Assembly (NCBI GenBank): GCA_000146045.2
Contig: BK006941.2
Location: 704,001-768,000, forward strand
Length of the DNA: 64,000 nucleotides
Direction of reading: 5' to 3'
DNA from: TPA_inf: Saccharomyces
Lineage: Eukaryota
In this document: piece after piece, positions 32,662 through 43,949 of the stretch
Position numbering within the stretch: position 1 is the stretch's first letter
How the letters are laid out: the number at the start of each line of letters is the position of its first letter
Translations under genes and position numbers: made by a program
Notes under the pieces: model-generated
The model's database searches: none
What the model saw: only the letters and a program-made list of their open reading frames with translations
What the model was told of the DNA's origin: nothing

Positions 32662-34203
32662 CTATAAACCAAAACCACCATTAGAATAGGCCATTGGTTT
32701 TATATCTGGGTGCTCAACAGCTTCGAATGTCTCAATTATTAGATTTTGGTCGTCATTCCTGCCAGCCTGTAAAATACCATGGCCTGGTACAACATGAATA
32801 ACACCCCCAAGATTACCTTGGCTATCACAATAGTTTGGAGCACTGAAAACTGTCATTAATTTACCCTTCTGCTCGAATTGCACACCACCCATTCTTAACT
32901 CGTGAGATCTAAAAATCTTGCGCAATTTGTTGTTTCTTAGAAATCTATCTGTAATGTCGGGTCCAAAAGCATGTCCTAAACCACGCTGAGAAGGACCCAT
33001 CCCGTTGGCTTCTTGTGGGTCCGCCCATAGAAGTTCCATAAAGGCGCCATCTCTAGGTGGTTGGGCAAATCTATCAATATTCTTGAAATCAGACAAAGTT
33101 GCTGAAGGATCACTTGGTAAACCACCATGCATTACAAGGTAATCATTATTAATTAAGGTAGCCAATGGAAGGCTCTCAAAACTTTGTGCAAACATGTTAA
33201 ATATCCTTTGTGAATATTTGTATTTACACTCATCTTCAAACCCATAGATTTTGTTCATATTATCACTCTCATGATTACCTCTGTTCAAAAAGAAATTATT
33301 TGGATGTAATATTTTCAAACAGTAGAATAATAGTGCAACTTCACACGACCAAGAACCACGGTCGACAAAATCACCATTGAATAGATAAGTGTGCTTAGGA
33401 CCTACTTTACCAAACTTGCGAAATAAATTCAAAACATCATAAAATTGGCCATGCGTATCACCACATACTGATATCTTAACATCAGGAGTAGAGTTATTTT
33501 CTAGTTCTACCATAGATGGCTCTTGACGAAATAAGGTATCAGCATGAGAGATAATAGCTGCAACGTACTTTTTTGGTAAATATTTTCCCTTTAGGAAAAG
33601 ATCGTTAACCATTTTGGAAATAAACTCTTGAGACATGTTCTTGATCTTTGCACCTTTAAAGGCATTCTTATCGTCATACAGCTGTTCAAATTCTAACTTT
33701 GGACCTTCATAATTGGCTAAATCTGCATTAGCATCAAATGAACTCAAGTTCAAAGTCTGACACAAACTGATCTTGGCTTCATTTTCTGCGCCTCCGATAG
33801 CTTTCCTAAATCTTTCTTCTCTAATGAACCTATCACATGTAAGTAACGCCTTAGTAGCAGCCGGATCATTGGGCTTCGCCTTTAGAAGCACATTCAAATC
33901 TTTCCTAGCCTTTTTAAATTCTAGCAGAGCCATGCAGGATAATGCACGTCTATGATAAGCTTTGATATTTTTGGGATCCAGTTTAATGGCTTCATCACAG
34001 TCATTTAAAGCGCTTTGAAAGTTATCTACCTTAAAGTGAGCAAATGCTCTGTTCGAAAAATAGATAGACTGTGTAGAATCTAAATCGATCGCCTCTGTAT
34101 ATTTTTCAATGGCCTTTAAAAAATGTTTTTCCTTCACAAAAACATTTCCTTCGTTCTTTCTTTCAAGTGCCTTCGCGCGATCTGCTGCTGTGGGTGTTGA
34201 CAT
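32662..34203 (-). CDS. PPT1: Ser/Thr protein phosphatase type 5 with N-terminal TPR repeats, 513 aa
   Basis: Three TPR motifs are followed by a PPP catalytic core with GDTHGQ, GDFVDRG and GNHE motifs. Confidence 0.9.
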   Translation of the reverse strand: MSTPTAADRAKALERKNEGNVFVKEKHFLKAIEKYTEAIDLDSTQSIYFSNRAFAHFKVDNFQSALNDCDEAIKLDPKNIKAYHRRALSCMALLEFKKARKDLNVLLKAKPNDPAATKALLTCDRFIREERFRKAIGGAENEAKISLCQTLNLSSFDANADLANYEGPKLEFEQLYDDKNAFKGAKIKNMSQEFISKMVNDLFLKGKYLPKKYVAAIISHADTLFRQEPSMVELENNSTPDVKISVCGDTHGQFYDVLNLFRKFGKVGPKHTYLFNGDFVDRGSWSCEVALLFYCLKILHPNNFFLNRGNHESDNMNKIYGFEDECKYKYSQRIFNMFAQSFESLPLATLINNDYLVMHGGLPSDPSATLSDFKNIDRFAQPPRDGAFMELLWADPQEANGMGPSQRGLGHAFGPDITDRFLRNNKLRKIFRSHELRMGGVQFEQKGKLMTVFSAPNYCDSQGNLGGVIHVVPGHGILQAGRNDDQNLIIETFEAVEHPDIKPMAYSNGGFGL

Positions 34204-34706
34204 ATTCGAGATATTTGATTATACCAAGGCAAGCGTTATTTCTTGCCTCTAAAATTGTTAAAGTTCTGTGTCAAGCTCTATAAGCTGTTTTCGCCAATTT
34301 TCTTACCTCATCTGTGAAATTTTTCAGTTTCCCGCCGTCGTTTTTTTCCCTGGTTTAGCGTTTTAACGGAAAAAGAAATACATACATACAATGATTGAAA
34401 AAATATTTTCATAAAGAAGAAAATGAGAAGGAACTTTTGAGGACTAGAAGTGTTCCTGATAATTGTCTCAGCCAGAATTTTCAGTGGCCAAGGTACGAAC
34501 AAGAAACTGCTAAAAGGAAAAAAAATACTCAGAATAACAGAAGATGACAGACAGTATTGTGGAACCCCAACAATTATCTCAAAATTTACCTATTTCTTAA
34601 GTATAAACAGTACACTGCATCAGTGGTATTAGATTTGTCATGGTGTAAAATTTTATGATAAAAAAATACAACATGGCGGGCGTAAAATAAAATACATATT
34701 CGTAAT

Positions 34707-35010
34707 CCTGGAATATTACGCCAACTACAACCAATAACTTATGATTATATTACCAGAATATTATCATGTATGGCTCTCAAAATATGACATAAATGGTTTC
34801 TATTAAAAGCATCATCAATTCAATGAAGCTGAAATTTCAAGGATTGGTGATGTAATAGAACAATGAGCGGCGATATCATAGAACGAAAAAAGAAGTAATC
34901 GTCATTTTTTGTAGCACTCTTATTTCCTTTTTTAGAGTTCTAATCCTCAAGGTGAAACCGTAACATATGCATATACTTAACGATACCGCCTTCTTTGAAA
35001 ATTAGAAGCC
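34707..35010 (+). repeat. Degenerate delta-type solo LTR remnant about 110 bp upstream of tRNA-Ile
   Basis: ..CCTGGAATATTACGCCAACTACAACC..AGAATATTATCATGTATGG..GAAGCTGAAATTTCAAGGATTGGTGATGTAATAGAACAATGA.. aligns with the delta consensus at roughly 70-75% identity. Ends are approximate. Confidence 0.45.
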
Positions 35011-35121
35011 TTATATCTATTTCGAACGCACATATGTTGTCATACACAATGCGACACATGAAAATACTACTCTTTACACCTGTATTATCAAACTATTAAT
35101 CAGTGACTTCCGAAAAAAATA

Positions 35122-35195
35122 GGTCTCTTGGCCCAGTTGGTTAAGGCACCGTGCTAATAACGCGGGGATCAGCGGTTCGATCCCGCTAGAGACCA
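35122..35195 (+). tRNA. tI(AAU)G: tRNA-Ile (anticodon AAU), 74 nt
   Basis: GGTCTCTTGGCCCAGTTGGTTAAGGCACCGTGCTAATAACGCGGGGATCAGCGGTTCGATCCCGCTAGAGACCA. A box and B box (GGTTCGATCC) are present, with a T5 run shortly downstream. Confidence 0.9.
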
Positions 35196-35746
35196 TTTAC
35201 TTTTTAGAATGCAAATATAAGATCCCGATAAATCATAGAACCACCACTTACTTATTCACTTATGTGGTCCTTCCTGCTGTGGGCAGAGAGCGATTTGCAC
35301 GTACAAAGCGATCAAATTACGAACAAAACAATACATAAGAGGTTTGGACACGTTCTTAAGGCTAACTCCACATTGCGATAACAAGATTAAAGTGAGCTCC
35401 TGCTCATTCCTAATTGGAACTCATCATGCCTCCCATCAAGGTGGAGCCTGGATTTTACTAAAGAAACCGTTCGAACGGCTCTGTATTTACTAAGAGGGGG
35501 ATATATCAAATCGTGGAAAACATGAGAGAACAGTCTCGTTGCGTGCAACAGCCGCTATCCTGCTGCTCTCTGCATAACTGGACCTTGCGTATTGGGTTCA
35601 TTCTTTTGGCTTTGTGAAACGATTCACAAAGCCATACGTCCGTAGTATGGACCCTGCAGGAATGGTCTACATTTTCTATCTACTAGTAAAGCTTTATTCA
35701 CATATGGGTGCCGCACGGCGCGGGTTTTTGCAAATTTTCTTAGCAT

Positions 35747-35753
35747 TGACTCA
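35747..35753 (+). promoter_or_regulatory. Gcn4 response element TGACTCA about 190 bp upstream of ASN2
   Basis: Exact GCRE core. Amino-acid biosynthetic genes, including the asparagine synthetases, are under general amino-acid control. Confidence 0.45.
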
Positions 35754-35943
35754 TGGCAAGATTTCTCCAGAAAATCAGTAAAGCCTCATCCAGCCTCTCT
35801 TCTTGAAAAAATTATGACTTTGAATCGCATATTTCAAAGATTTGCCACTTGCTTAGTTTCATTTATTCTAATTTAACTTTTATACTATTTTTTTTGCTTC
35901 CCAGTTAAGCTCACCAAAACACAAATACTCACTACAATACAAT

Positions 35944-37662
35944 ATGTGTGGTATCTTTGCAGCCTTCAAGCATGAAGATATTCACAACTTCAAACCAAAA
36001 GCTCTACAACTATCTAAAAAAATCAGACACCGTGGCCCAGATTGGTCAGGAAATGCCGTTATGAATTCCACCATTTTCGTTCACGAGAGGTTGGCTATTG
36101 TTGGTTTAGACTCCGGTGCCCAGCCAATCACTTCAGCTGATGGCGAATATATGCTTGGCGTTAATGGTGAGATCTACAACCACATCCAACTAAGGGAGAT
36201 GTGCTCTGATTACAAGTTTCAAACTTTCAGTGACTGTGAACCCATCATACCGTTATATTTGGAACATGATATCGATGCTCCAAAATATCTGGACGGTATG
36301 TTCGCATTTTGTCTGTATGATTCCAAGAAAGACCGTATTGTCGCTGCAAGAGACCCTATCGGTGTTGTCACTTTATACATGGGGCGTTCTTCTCAGTCTC
36401 CAGAGACCGTTTATTTTGCCTCCGAATTAAAATGTCTAACTGACGTTTGTGACAGTATCATTTCGTTCCCTCCTGGTCATGTCTACGATTCTGAAACGGA
36501 CAAGATTACTCGTTACTTTACCCCAGACTGGTTGGATGAAAAGCGTATCCCATCCACCCCAGTTGACTACCATGCTATCAGACACAGTTTAGAAAAGGCC
36601 GTTAGAAAGAGGCTAATGGCTGAAGTTCCATACGGTGTTCTTCTATCCGGTGGGCTGGACTCTTCTTTGATTGCTGCGATTGCTGCTCGTGAAACGGAAA
36701 AAGCTAATGCTGATGCTAACGAAGACAACAATGTTGACGAGAAGCAACTTGCAGGTATCGATGACCAAGGCCATCTACACACATCCGGTTGGTCTCGTTT
36801 GCATTCGTTTGCGATTGGTCTACCAAATGCACCTGATTTACAAGCGGCTAGAAAAGTCGCCAAATTCATTGGTTCTATCCACCATGAACACACTTTTACA
36901 TTACAAGAAGGTTTGGATGCTTTGGACGACGTGATCTACCATTTGGAAACTTACGACGTTACCACTATCAGAGCTTCTACACCAATGTTCTTACTATCTA
37001 GAAAGATTAAGGCCCAAGGTGTCAAAATGGTTCTTTCTGGTGAAGGCTCGGACGAAATATTCGGTGGCTATCTATATTTCGCACAAGCACCTTCTGCTGC
37101 AGAATTTCACACCGAATCTGTGCAACGTGTCAAGAACTTGCATTTGGCAGATTGTTTGAGAGCTAATAAGTCCACGATGGCTTGGGGTCTAGAAGCTCGT
37201 GTTCCCTTCTTAGACAAAGACTTTTTGCAGCTATGTATGAACATTGATCCAAATGAAAAGATGATCAAGCCAAAGGAAGGACGTATCGAAAAATACATTT
37301 TAAGAAAGGCATTCGACACTACAGATGAACCAGATGTTAAGCCATACCTACCTGAAGAAATCTTATGGAGACAAAAGGAACAATTTTCCGATGGTGTTGG
37401 CTACTCATGGATTGACGGCCTAAGAGACACTGCTGAAAGGGCCATTTCTGACGCCATGTTTGCCAATCCAAAGGCTGATTGGGGCGACGATATTCCAACC
37501 ACCAAAGAAGCTTACTGGTACAGGCTGAAGTTTGATGCTTGGTTTCCTCAAAAGACTGCGGCAGACACTGTCATGAGATGGATTCCAAAGGCCGATTGGG
37601 GTTGTGCCGAAGATCCTTCAGGTAGATACGCCAAAATACACGAAAAGCACGTCAGTGCTTAA
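35944..37662 (+). CDS. ASN2: Glutamine-dependent asparagine synthetase, 572 aa
   Basis: N-terminal MCGIF with the class-II amidotransferase catalytic Cys2, plus an SGGLDSS PP-loop motif. The 572-aa length and chromosome VII context distinguish it from ASN1. Confidence 0.9.
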
Positions 37663-37893
37663 TACGAGCGCAATCGTATTCTTATAATTGACGAGTGAAC
37701 CAAGAAATGCGGTGATACAAACGGATATTAATCTATATAGATATATGTATATAATAAAAGTTTTCAATCTGCTGACCCCTTAGGTTACTTATCTATAGGA
37801 TTCGAATTACGATATGAAACCCTTTCGGTAGATATCACATGGAATACTGCAGCCGATTGATTAGTTAATTTCTTATCTCGCTTTTTTTCTCTT

Positions 37894-37926
37894 TATCTAT
37901 CTATCTATCTATTTATCTATCTATCC
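37894..37926. repeat. Imperfect (TATC)n tetranucleotide microsatellite
   Basis: TCTATCTATCTATCTATTTATCTATCTATCC is read directly in the ASN2 3' region. Confidence 0.8.
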
Positions 37927-38324
37927 TTATGCTGCAAAATGAAAAATTCCCTAGGAAGTTCGCGCTATCAAGGTTCTTTTTCCCACGTATCGGTCCCTGA
38001 GTGGATCCCAAAAAATGTGTGGGACTATGACTATATATATAACAGTCACAGTTGAATCATATTAATGTTCTATTTCTTGAGGTGATTTCAAATTGTGGCT
38101 CCAACAAGTAATCTCGGCAAGCTATCCCTTTTTAAATAATATTTTGCATTCTTTTTCTTTTTTTTTTTTTTTTTTTTCCATCTCACAGCCCTTCTTTATT
38201 TTTTCAATAAGGTAACAGAGTTGATAAGGAACCAGATAACAATCAAAAAGAATCGTTTCATTTCAGAGCTACCACCGGTCTATAAGCAAGACAGTTTAAA
38301 ATCTCAAAAATTTAATTTAGAAAT

Positions 38325-41300
38325 ATGGGAAGGACTATTAGGAGACGCCGGAGTAATTCGTCGCTTTCGGAGGCCATATCAGTTTCTTTAGGAATAAATC
38401 AAGACTCATCTGTGAACAAGATGCATAGAGCGAGTGTTAGCGCAATGTCTCCTCCATTATGCCGTTCATACATGAGCGGATTTTTTACTGGTGGAAACTC
38501 ACCTATGATCAATAATTTGTCGGATTCAAAACTTCCCATCTCGAACAAACAACATCCTAAAGTGATACATGGATCAGAAAATTTGCATAGGCAGACAGCT
38601 CAACTATCCAATGAATTTTGCTCCTCTTCTGTGGAAGAAAATTCTCCCACAATTAAGGATTACATGGACATTATAGGCAATGGTGATAGAAAAGATGATC
38701 AATCTATGCGTACTATAGAAGAGAATATTGATGAAGAATATTCAGATGAGTACTCCAGATTGCTACTTAGCCCAGCATCGTCTAACGTGGACGATGACCG
38801 AAATCGAGGACTACAGAATAGTTCACTACCGGAATTAGAAGATGGTTACGCGGGCGGATATCAGTCACTTCGTCCCTCCCATAATTTAAGGTTTAGGCCA
38901 AGAAACTTGTGGCATATGTGTACGTCATTTCCTTCCAAATTTGCACATTATCTGCCCGCAGCAGTGTTAGGTTTGCTTTTGAACATTTTAGATGCCTTAT
39001 CTTATGGTATGATCATTTTTCCAATCACAGAGCCAGTTTTTTCTCATTTAGGGCCCACTGGTATATCCATGTTTTATATTTCCACCATAATATCACAAGC
39101 CGTGTACTCCGGAGGCTGGTCGAGTTTTCCTTCCGGGATTGGGAGTGAAATGATTGAAATTACTCCGTTTTATCATACAATGGCATTAGCTATAAAAGAG
39201 GCATTAGCAGGTAATGATGACGAAATCATAACGACAACGATATTTTGTTATGTGATAAGTTCGATGCTCACAGGTGTCGTTTTCTATGCATTGGGTAAAC
39301 TACGACTAGGAAAGATAGTGGGATTTTTTCCACGACACATATTGATTGGCTGTATTGGAGGTGTTGGTTATTTCTTGATAATTACAGGAATTGAAGTCAC
39401 AACGAGGGTGGCGAAATTTGAATATTCATGGCCTTTTTTTTCAGGGCTGTTTACGGATTATGACACATTAGCGAAATGGTTATTACCTGTACTATTGACT
39501 GTAGTTTTAATCGGCACTCAACGCTACTTTAAGAACTCACTCGTTTTGCCAAGTTTTTACATCTTGACGTTAGTTTTGTTTCATTTTATTGTTGCGATCA
39601 TTCCAACATTATCCTTGGATGCTTTGAGACAAGCTGGATGGATTTTTCCTATTGCCAACTCAGATAGTAAATGGTATGACCATTATAGATTATTTAATGT
39701 CCATAAAGTTCATTGGTCACTAGTTTTGCAACAAATACCAACGATGATGGCATTGACATTTTTTGGTATCCTACATGTTCCTATAAATGTTCCTGCGTTG
39801 GCTATGTCACTACAAATGGATAAGTATGATGTTGACAGAGAATTGATTGCACATGGTTATTCCAACTTTTTTAGTGGATTATTAGGTTCTGTCCAAAATT
39901 ACTTGGTATATACCAACAGTGTTCTGTTTATTAGGGCGGGCGCTGATTCGCCATTCGCTGGGTTCCTTTTAATAGCTTTGACTATCTGTATTATGATCAT
40001 TGGACCAGTCATAATATCATTCATTCCAATCTGTATAGTGGGCTCTCTAATTTTCCTACTAGGCTACGAGTTATTAGTGGAAGCGTTGGTCGATACATGG
40101 AATAAATTGAATAGATTCGAATATTTGACTGTTGTCATTATTGTTTTCACGATGGGTATCTTTGATTTTGTCCTAGGTATCATCGTTGGCATTTTAATTG
40201 CATGTTTTTCGTTTTTGGTGGATAGTACGAAATTACAAACCATTAACGGTGAATATAATGGGAACGTCGCAAGAAGTACAGTATATCGTGATTACGTTCA
40301 AACAAAATTTTTGGATGGAATTGGTGAACAAATATATGTTTTAAAGCTCCAAAACCTTCTGTTTTTCGGAACAATCATATCTATTGAAGAGAAAATTGAA
40401 AGATTGCTGCAAATAAGTAACAAAGATGCAACAAAACGCAGAATAAAGTATTTAATATTGGACTTTAAAAATATTAATGCCGACAATATTGACTATTCTG
40501 CGGCAGAAGGTTTCAATAGAATTAAAAGATTCACGGAAACCAAAAGAATCAAACTAATCATATCTTCAATCAAAGAAAGGGACCGTATTTACAACGCCTT
40601 CAATAATGTGGGATTACTAAACGATGTGGAATTATTTGCTGATTTAAACAGTGCGTTGGAATGGTGTGAAAACGAATTCCTTTTTCAATATAAACAATTA
40701 AGAAAAAAGGCGAAAGAAAGATTGGAAGAAGGAAAGCAAAATAATGTCGTATCCGCAGTAATTGCAGCCACTAAAAACAAAAAAATTGATACAATAGGAA
40801 ATGGTTTAAACAGGGGAAGCAATGGAGACACAGCGAGAAACTTAATGTCACTACCAACCAATACTCCTCGTAATTACCAAATACTTTCTGTAGCACAGAA
40901 TGTATTTGTAAACGACGAACAAGCAGTGAAGAATTTCAAAAAGGAGTACAAAGATGATGAACCTGTCCTGCCTATATTGTTATTTGCATTAAAGCAGTAC
41001 CGACCCGATATAATATCTGAAGTTCAAAAAGTAAGAGAAAAGGAAATCAAGTTTTGGGCACAACTCTGCCCCTACTTCACCAGGCGCAGATTAGCAAGTC
41101 AATCACATTTACTACATGCAGACAACATTTTTTTCCTTGTGGAAACAGGTATGTTGAAGGCAACATATGAACTACCACAAGGAACCTTGTACGAGATTTT
41201 TTCAAATGGCACATGCTTCGGAAAAATCATTGCGCCAGGGAATGCTATGCCTAGAGAACAAAAGCTCACCATCGAAACTGAAACTGATTCCGTATTATGG

Positions 41301-41435
41301 GTTATAGACTCTAGCTCGTTGAACAAATTGAAAGAAGACAATCTAGCATTGTACGTGGAGGTTGCATTAATGGTCATGTGTATCAAGGACACCAGATTCA
41401 AAGAATTACTAGGTTACACACTTGTTAGCGCATGA
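38325..41435 (+). CDS. YGR125W: Large polytopic membrane protein of 1036 aa with a SulP-like transporter core and a STAS-like C-terminal region. The VSB1 alias (vacuolar basic amino-acid storage) is recalled with moderate certainty.
   Basis: ATG-to-stop ORF. The N-terminal ~330 aa are hydrophilic, followed by about 10-12 hydrophobic helices and a long cytosolic tail. Confidence 0.8.
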   Translation: MGRTIRRRRSNSSLSEAISVSLGINQDSSVNKMHRASVSAMSPPLCRSYMSGFFTGGNSPMINNLSDSKLPISNKQHPKVIHGSENLHRQTAQLSNEFCSSSVEENSPTIKDYMDIIGNGDRKDDQSMRTIEENIDEEYSDEYSRLLLSPASSNVDDDRNRGLQNSSLPELEDGYAGGYQSLRPSHNLRFRPRNLWHMCTSFPSKFAHYLPAAVLGLLLNILDALSYGMIIFPITEPVFSHLGPTGISMFYISTIISQAVYSGGWSSFPSGIGSEMIEITPFYHTMALAIKEALAGNDDEIITTTIFCYVISSMLTGVVFYALGKLRLGKIVGFFPRHILIGCIGGVGYFLIITGIEVTTRVAKFEYSWPFFSGLFTDYDTLAKWLLPVLLTVVLIGTQRYFKNSLVLPSFYILTLVLFHFIVAIIPTLSLDALRQAGWIFPIANSDSKWYDHYRLFNVHKVHWSLVLQQIPTMMALTFFGILHVPINVPALAMSLQMDKYDVDRELIAHGYSNFFSGLLGSVQNYLVYTNSVLFIRAGADSPFAGFLLIALTICIMIIGPVIISFIPICIVGSLIFLLGYELLVEALVDTWNKLNRFEYLTVVIIVFTMGIFDFVLGIIVGILIACFSFLVDSTKLQTINGEYNGNVARSTVYRDYVQTKFLDGIGEQIYVLKLQNLLFFGTIISIEEKIERLLQISNKDATKRRIKYLILDFKNINADNIDYSAAEGFNRIKRFTETKRIKLIISSIKERDRIYNAFNNVGLLNDVELFADLNSALEWCENEFLFQYKQLRKKAKERLEEGKQNNVVSAVIAATKNKKIDTIGNGLNRGSNGDTARNLMSLPTNTPRNYQILSVAQNVFVNDEQAVKNFKKEYKDDEPVLPILLFALKQYRPDIISEVQKVREKEIKFWAQLCPYFTRRRLASQSHLLHADNIFFLVETGMLKATYELPQGTLYEIFSNGTCFGKIIAPGNAMPREQKLTIETETDSVLWVIDSSSLNKLKEDNLALYVEVALMVMCIKDTRFKELLGYTLVSA

Positions 41436-41834
41436 GAGCGTACACGTATATTTATTTAATTTCTTTTATTGCCGGCGTATTGCAAGTAATTTACACCAGT
41501 ACTAAATAAAAGCAGGATGCTCCTGCATCTGTATAAGTGATGCCGTTGTAGGATTTTTACCATCTCGACTATAAACTTTTTGTACTTGAGTCTTCACTTC
41601 CGGAATTTTACTGCGCGATTTTCTTTGATAGGGCCCCTATCGTAGACGAAAAGTGATAATTCCCATCGATGAGCAACTACATACCTCACTTGACTTAATT
41701 GCTCTCCTAAAGAAAAAAAATACCGTTACTTTTTTCATTAATATACTACCACAACAATTCACAACGGGTAGTTGTACGGTTAGTTTATATCCGCATTAAC
41801 AAATCAAAGTCATAACAACGTATCAACGTAGACT

Positions 41835-42527
41835 ATGCCTGTCCCATCTGTTACTGTCACTACCGATAATGAATATGAAGACATATCGTCCTTTTCTTCT
41901 ATTGACTCTTACAAACCGGAGCCCTTTACTGGGTTCAAAGATTCTGAAGCTCCAGAACAGCCTCTTTTAAAAAACGATACCATTGTTGGAAAGGGGCAAC
42001 TGGAAGATGATAGTAATGTAGATGATCAACACCGTCATTCAGATGTGCATTCTCATCACAGTTCTAGTACTTTAAAAAGGCCAACTTCAAATTCGATAGA
42101 AAAGATGGTTACCCACAATGCTTTAGAGGGCAACTCAGAAACAGTTGATTCCTTAAAAGAAGATGGTTTAAATTTGAACAAGAAAGCTCTTCCGGATATT
42201 ACCGCCCCAGTAACAAACTCAGCTCACGATGCTGCATTTCCAGAAGAGTATCGTTTAGAAACTGAAACCGGGTTGGTCAAATTGAAGACGCTTGAAAGTT
42301 TGAAGAGGGAGGACTCTCGCGTATCCTCAACTAAAAAAGAGCATATTAACGACCATACAGATATGCATTCGACACGATCCAAGGTTACTACAAATTCTCA
42401 AGGTTCTTCTCTAGAACCAAACAAGTTGAACATGGCAGTAGAGAAGAATAAGAAGAGGATCGAAAAATATCAAAAACATAAATCAGAAAAGGGGATCAAG
42501 GGGTTTTTTCATAGAATTTTCGATTAA
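41835..42527 (+). CDS. YGR126W: Uncharacterised hydrophilic protein, 230 aa
   Basis: Complete ATG ORF rich in S/T/D/E/K. Position fits YGR126W. Confidence 0.7.
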   Translation: MPVPSVTVTTDNEYEDISSFSSIDSYKPEPFTGFKDSEAPEQPLLKNDTIVGKGQLEDDSNVDDQHRHSDVHSHHSSSTLKRPTSNSIEKMVTHNALEGNSETVDSLKEDGLNLNKKALPDITAPVTNSAHDAAFPEEYRLETETGLVKLKTLESLKREDSRVSSTKKEHINDHTDMHSTRSKVTTNSQGSSLEPNKLNMAVEKNKKRIEKYQKHKSEKGIKGFFHRIFD

Positions 42528-42797
42528 GTGGCATAGCAACATTTAGTTCGCAATGCGTTTACTTCAGAATCATTCTTTTTTTTTTTTTTTTTTTTTTTTT
42601 GCCTCACATTATATTCTTGGCATCTGCCTAGCTTTCGACTTTTTCGTTCAATTCCTAAAGCGCTAAAAAAATAGTCTCCCCCTGAAAGTGGAGTAGGATA
42701 GTAGTATATGAAGTGAGGCAGAAAAGGAAAGAAACGCTTGCATTTATTAACACACCTGTGGCTAAAGTATTAAAAACCAAAAACTAACGAACAAATA

Positions 42798-43736
42798 ATG
42801 TGCATTTTAATGGCCACAAGGGCACATCCTGACTATGAACTCATCTTAATATCTAACAGAGACGAATTCTTGGCAAGAAAAACACATGCTACATGCTGGC
42901 ATAACAATGATTTTATCCTTTCACCCTACGATCTGGCCAAAACCTCAGCAGAAAAACAAATATTTGGCACTTGGTCTGGCATAAATAAAGAAGGAAAATT
43001 AGCCACTATTCTTAATTTAAAACTTGACAATGAGCAAAATAATACGAAATCAAGATCCCGTGGTCTGTTACCATTTATATTTTTGTCGATCCATAAAGCA
43101 GATTTTGAAGATTGGGATAATTACAAAAAGTTTGAAGGTCACTATGATGGGTTGAAGTCCACAGGTGATTTTAATTTTTTTTACGGCGACGTTATCAAAA
43201 AGCAATATAAAGTTATTGATTCTCTAGGAAGAACTTTTGATGTGTTGAGTTCTACCTGTAGGAAAGATCTTGATTCTTACATGGTTGTTTCTAATGGTAA
43301 ATTTTATGACAGCTCCAGTATACCAGGGCAGGCTTGGGAAAAAGTAAAGGTAGCACGTGATAGTTTAGAAAATCTAGTTTTAGAGAATATTGAATCAGAT
43401 GAGGAGAAAATAATATCAAGTTGCTTTCAACTCGCCTCGAAGTCTTCCCTTCCAAGCACTATTTCAAACCCAGATGTCTTGCAGATGGTAGATCCAAATG
43501 TAACCATGAATACCATATACGTACCACCTTTACGGAGGCCTCCCAGGGATGACTTAGGTGCCTCAATTCCTGATGGTGATTACTACGGAACTCGCTCTCA
43601 AATAGTTTTACTCGTGAGTAAGGATTCAACGAGAGTTACCTTTATAGAAAGGGTCCTTTATAGCTCAGATGAAGACGTGCGCAAGTATTCGGTAACCTCA
43701 CCTAAGGAGGAAAAAAGGTTTAAATTCAAATTGTAA
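42798..43736 (+). CDS. YGR127W: Uncharacterised protein, 312 aa
   Basis: Complete ATG ORF. Position fits YGR127W. Confidence 0.7.
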   Translation: MCILMATRAHPDYELILISNRDEFLARKTHATCWHNNDFILSPYDLAKTSAEKQIFGTWSGINKEGKLATILNLKLDNEQNNTKSRSRGLLPFIFLSIHKADFEDWDNYKKFEGHYDGLKSTGDFNFFYGDVIKKQYKVIDSLGRTFDVLSSTCRKDLDSYMVVSNGKFYDSSSIPGQAWEKVKVARDSLENLVLENIESDEEKIISSCFQLASKSSLPSTISNPDVLQMVDPNVTMNTIYVPPLRRPPRDDLGASIPDGDYYGTRSQIVLLVSKDSTRVTFIERVLYSSDEDVRKYSVTSPKEEKRFKFKL

Positions 43737-43949
43737 AAATCACAATCTTCCATTTTATTTCAAACTAGCTTTAAATTCCATCTTCTTCCCCTCAGAACAT
43801 TCCGGTATCTCTTGTTGGACACATCTAATGTATATGATGTTTTCAAATTCTAAATGCCTGTTAGTTTATCAGTAACCACAGTAGACGCTATATATATTAG
43901 TTCCTTTTCTATATAGGTATTATACAATACAATCAAATTCATTGCATAC

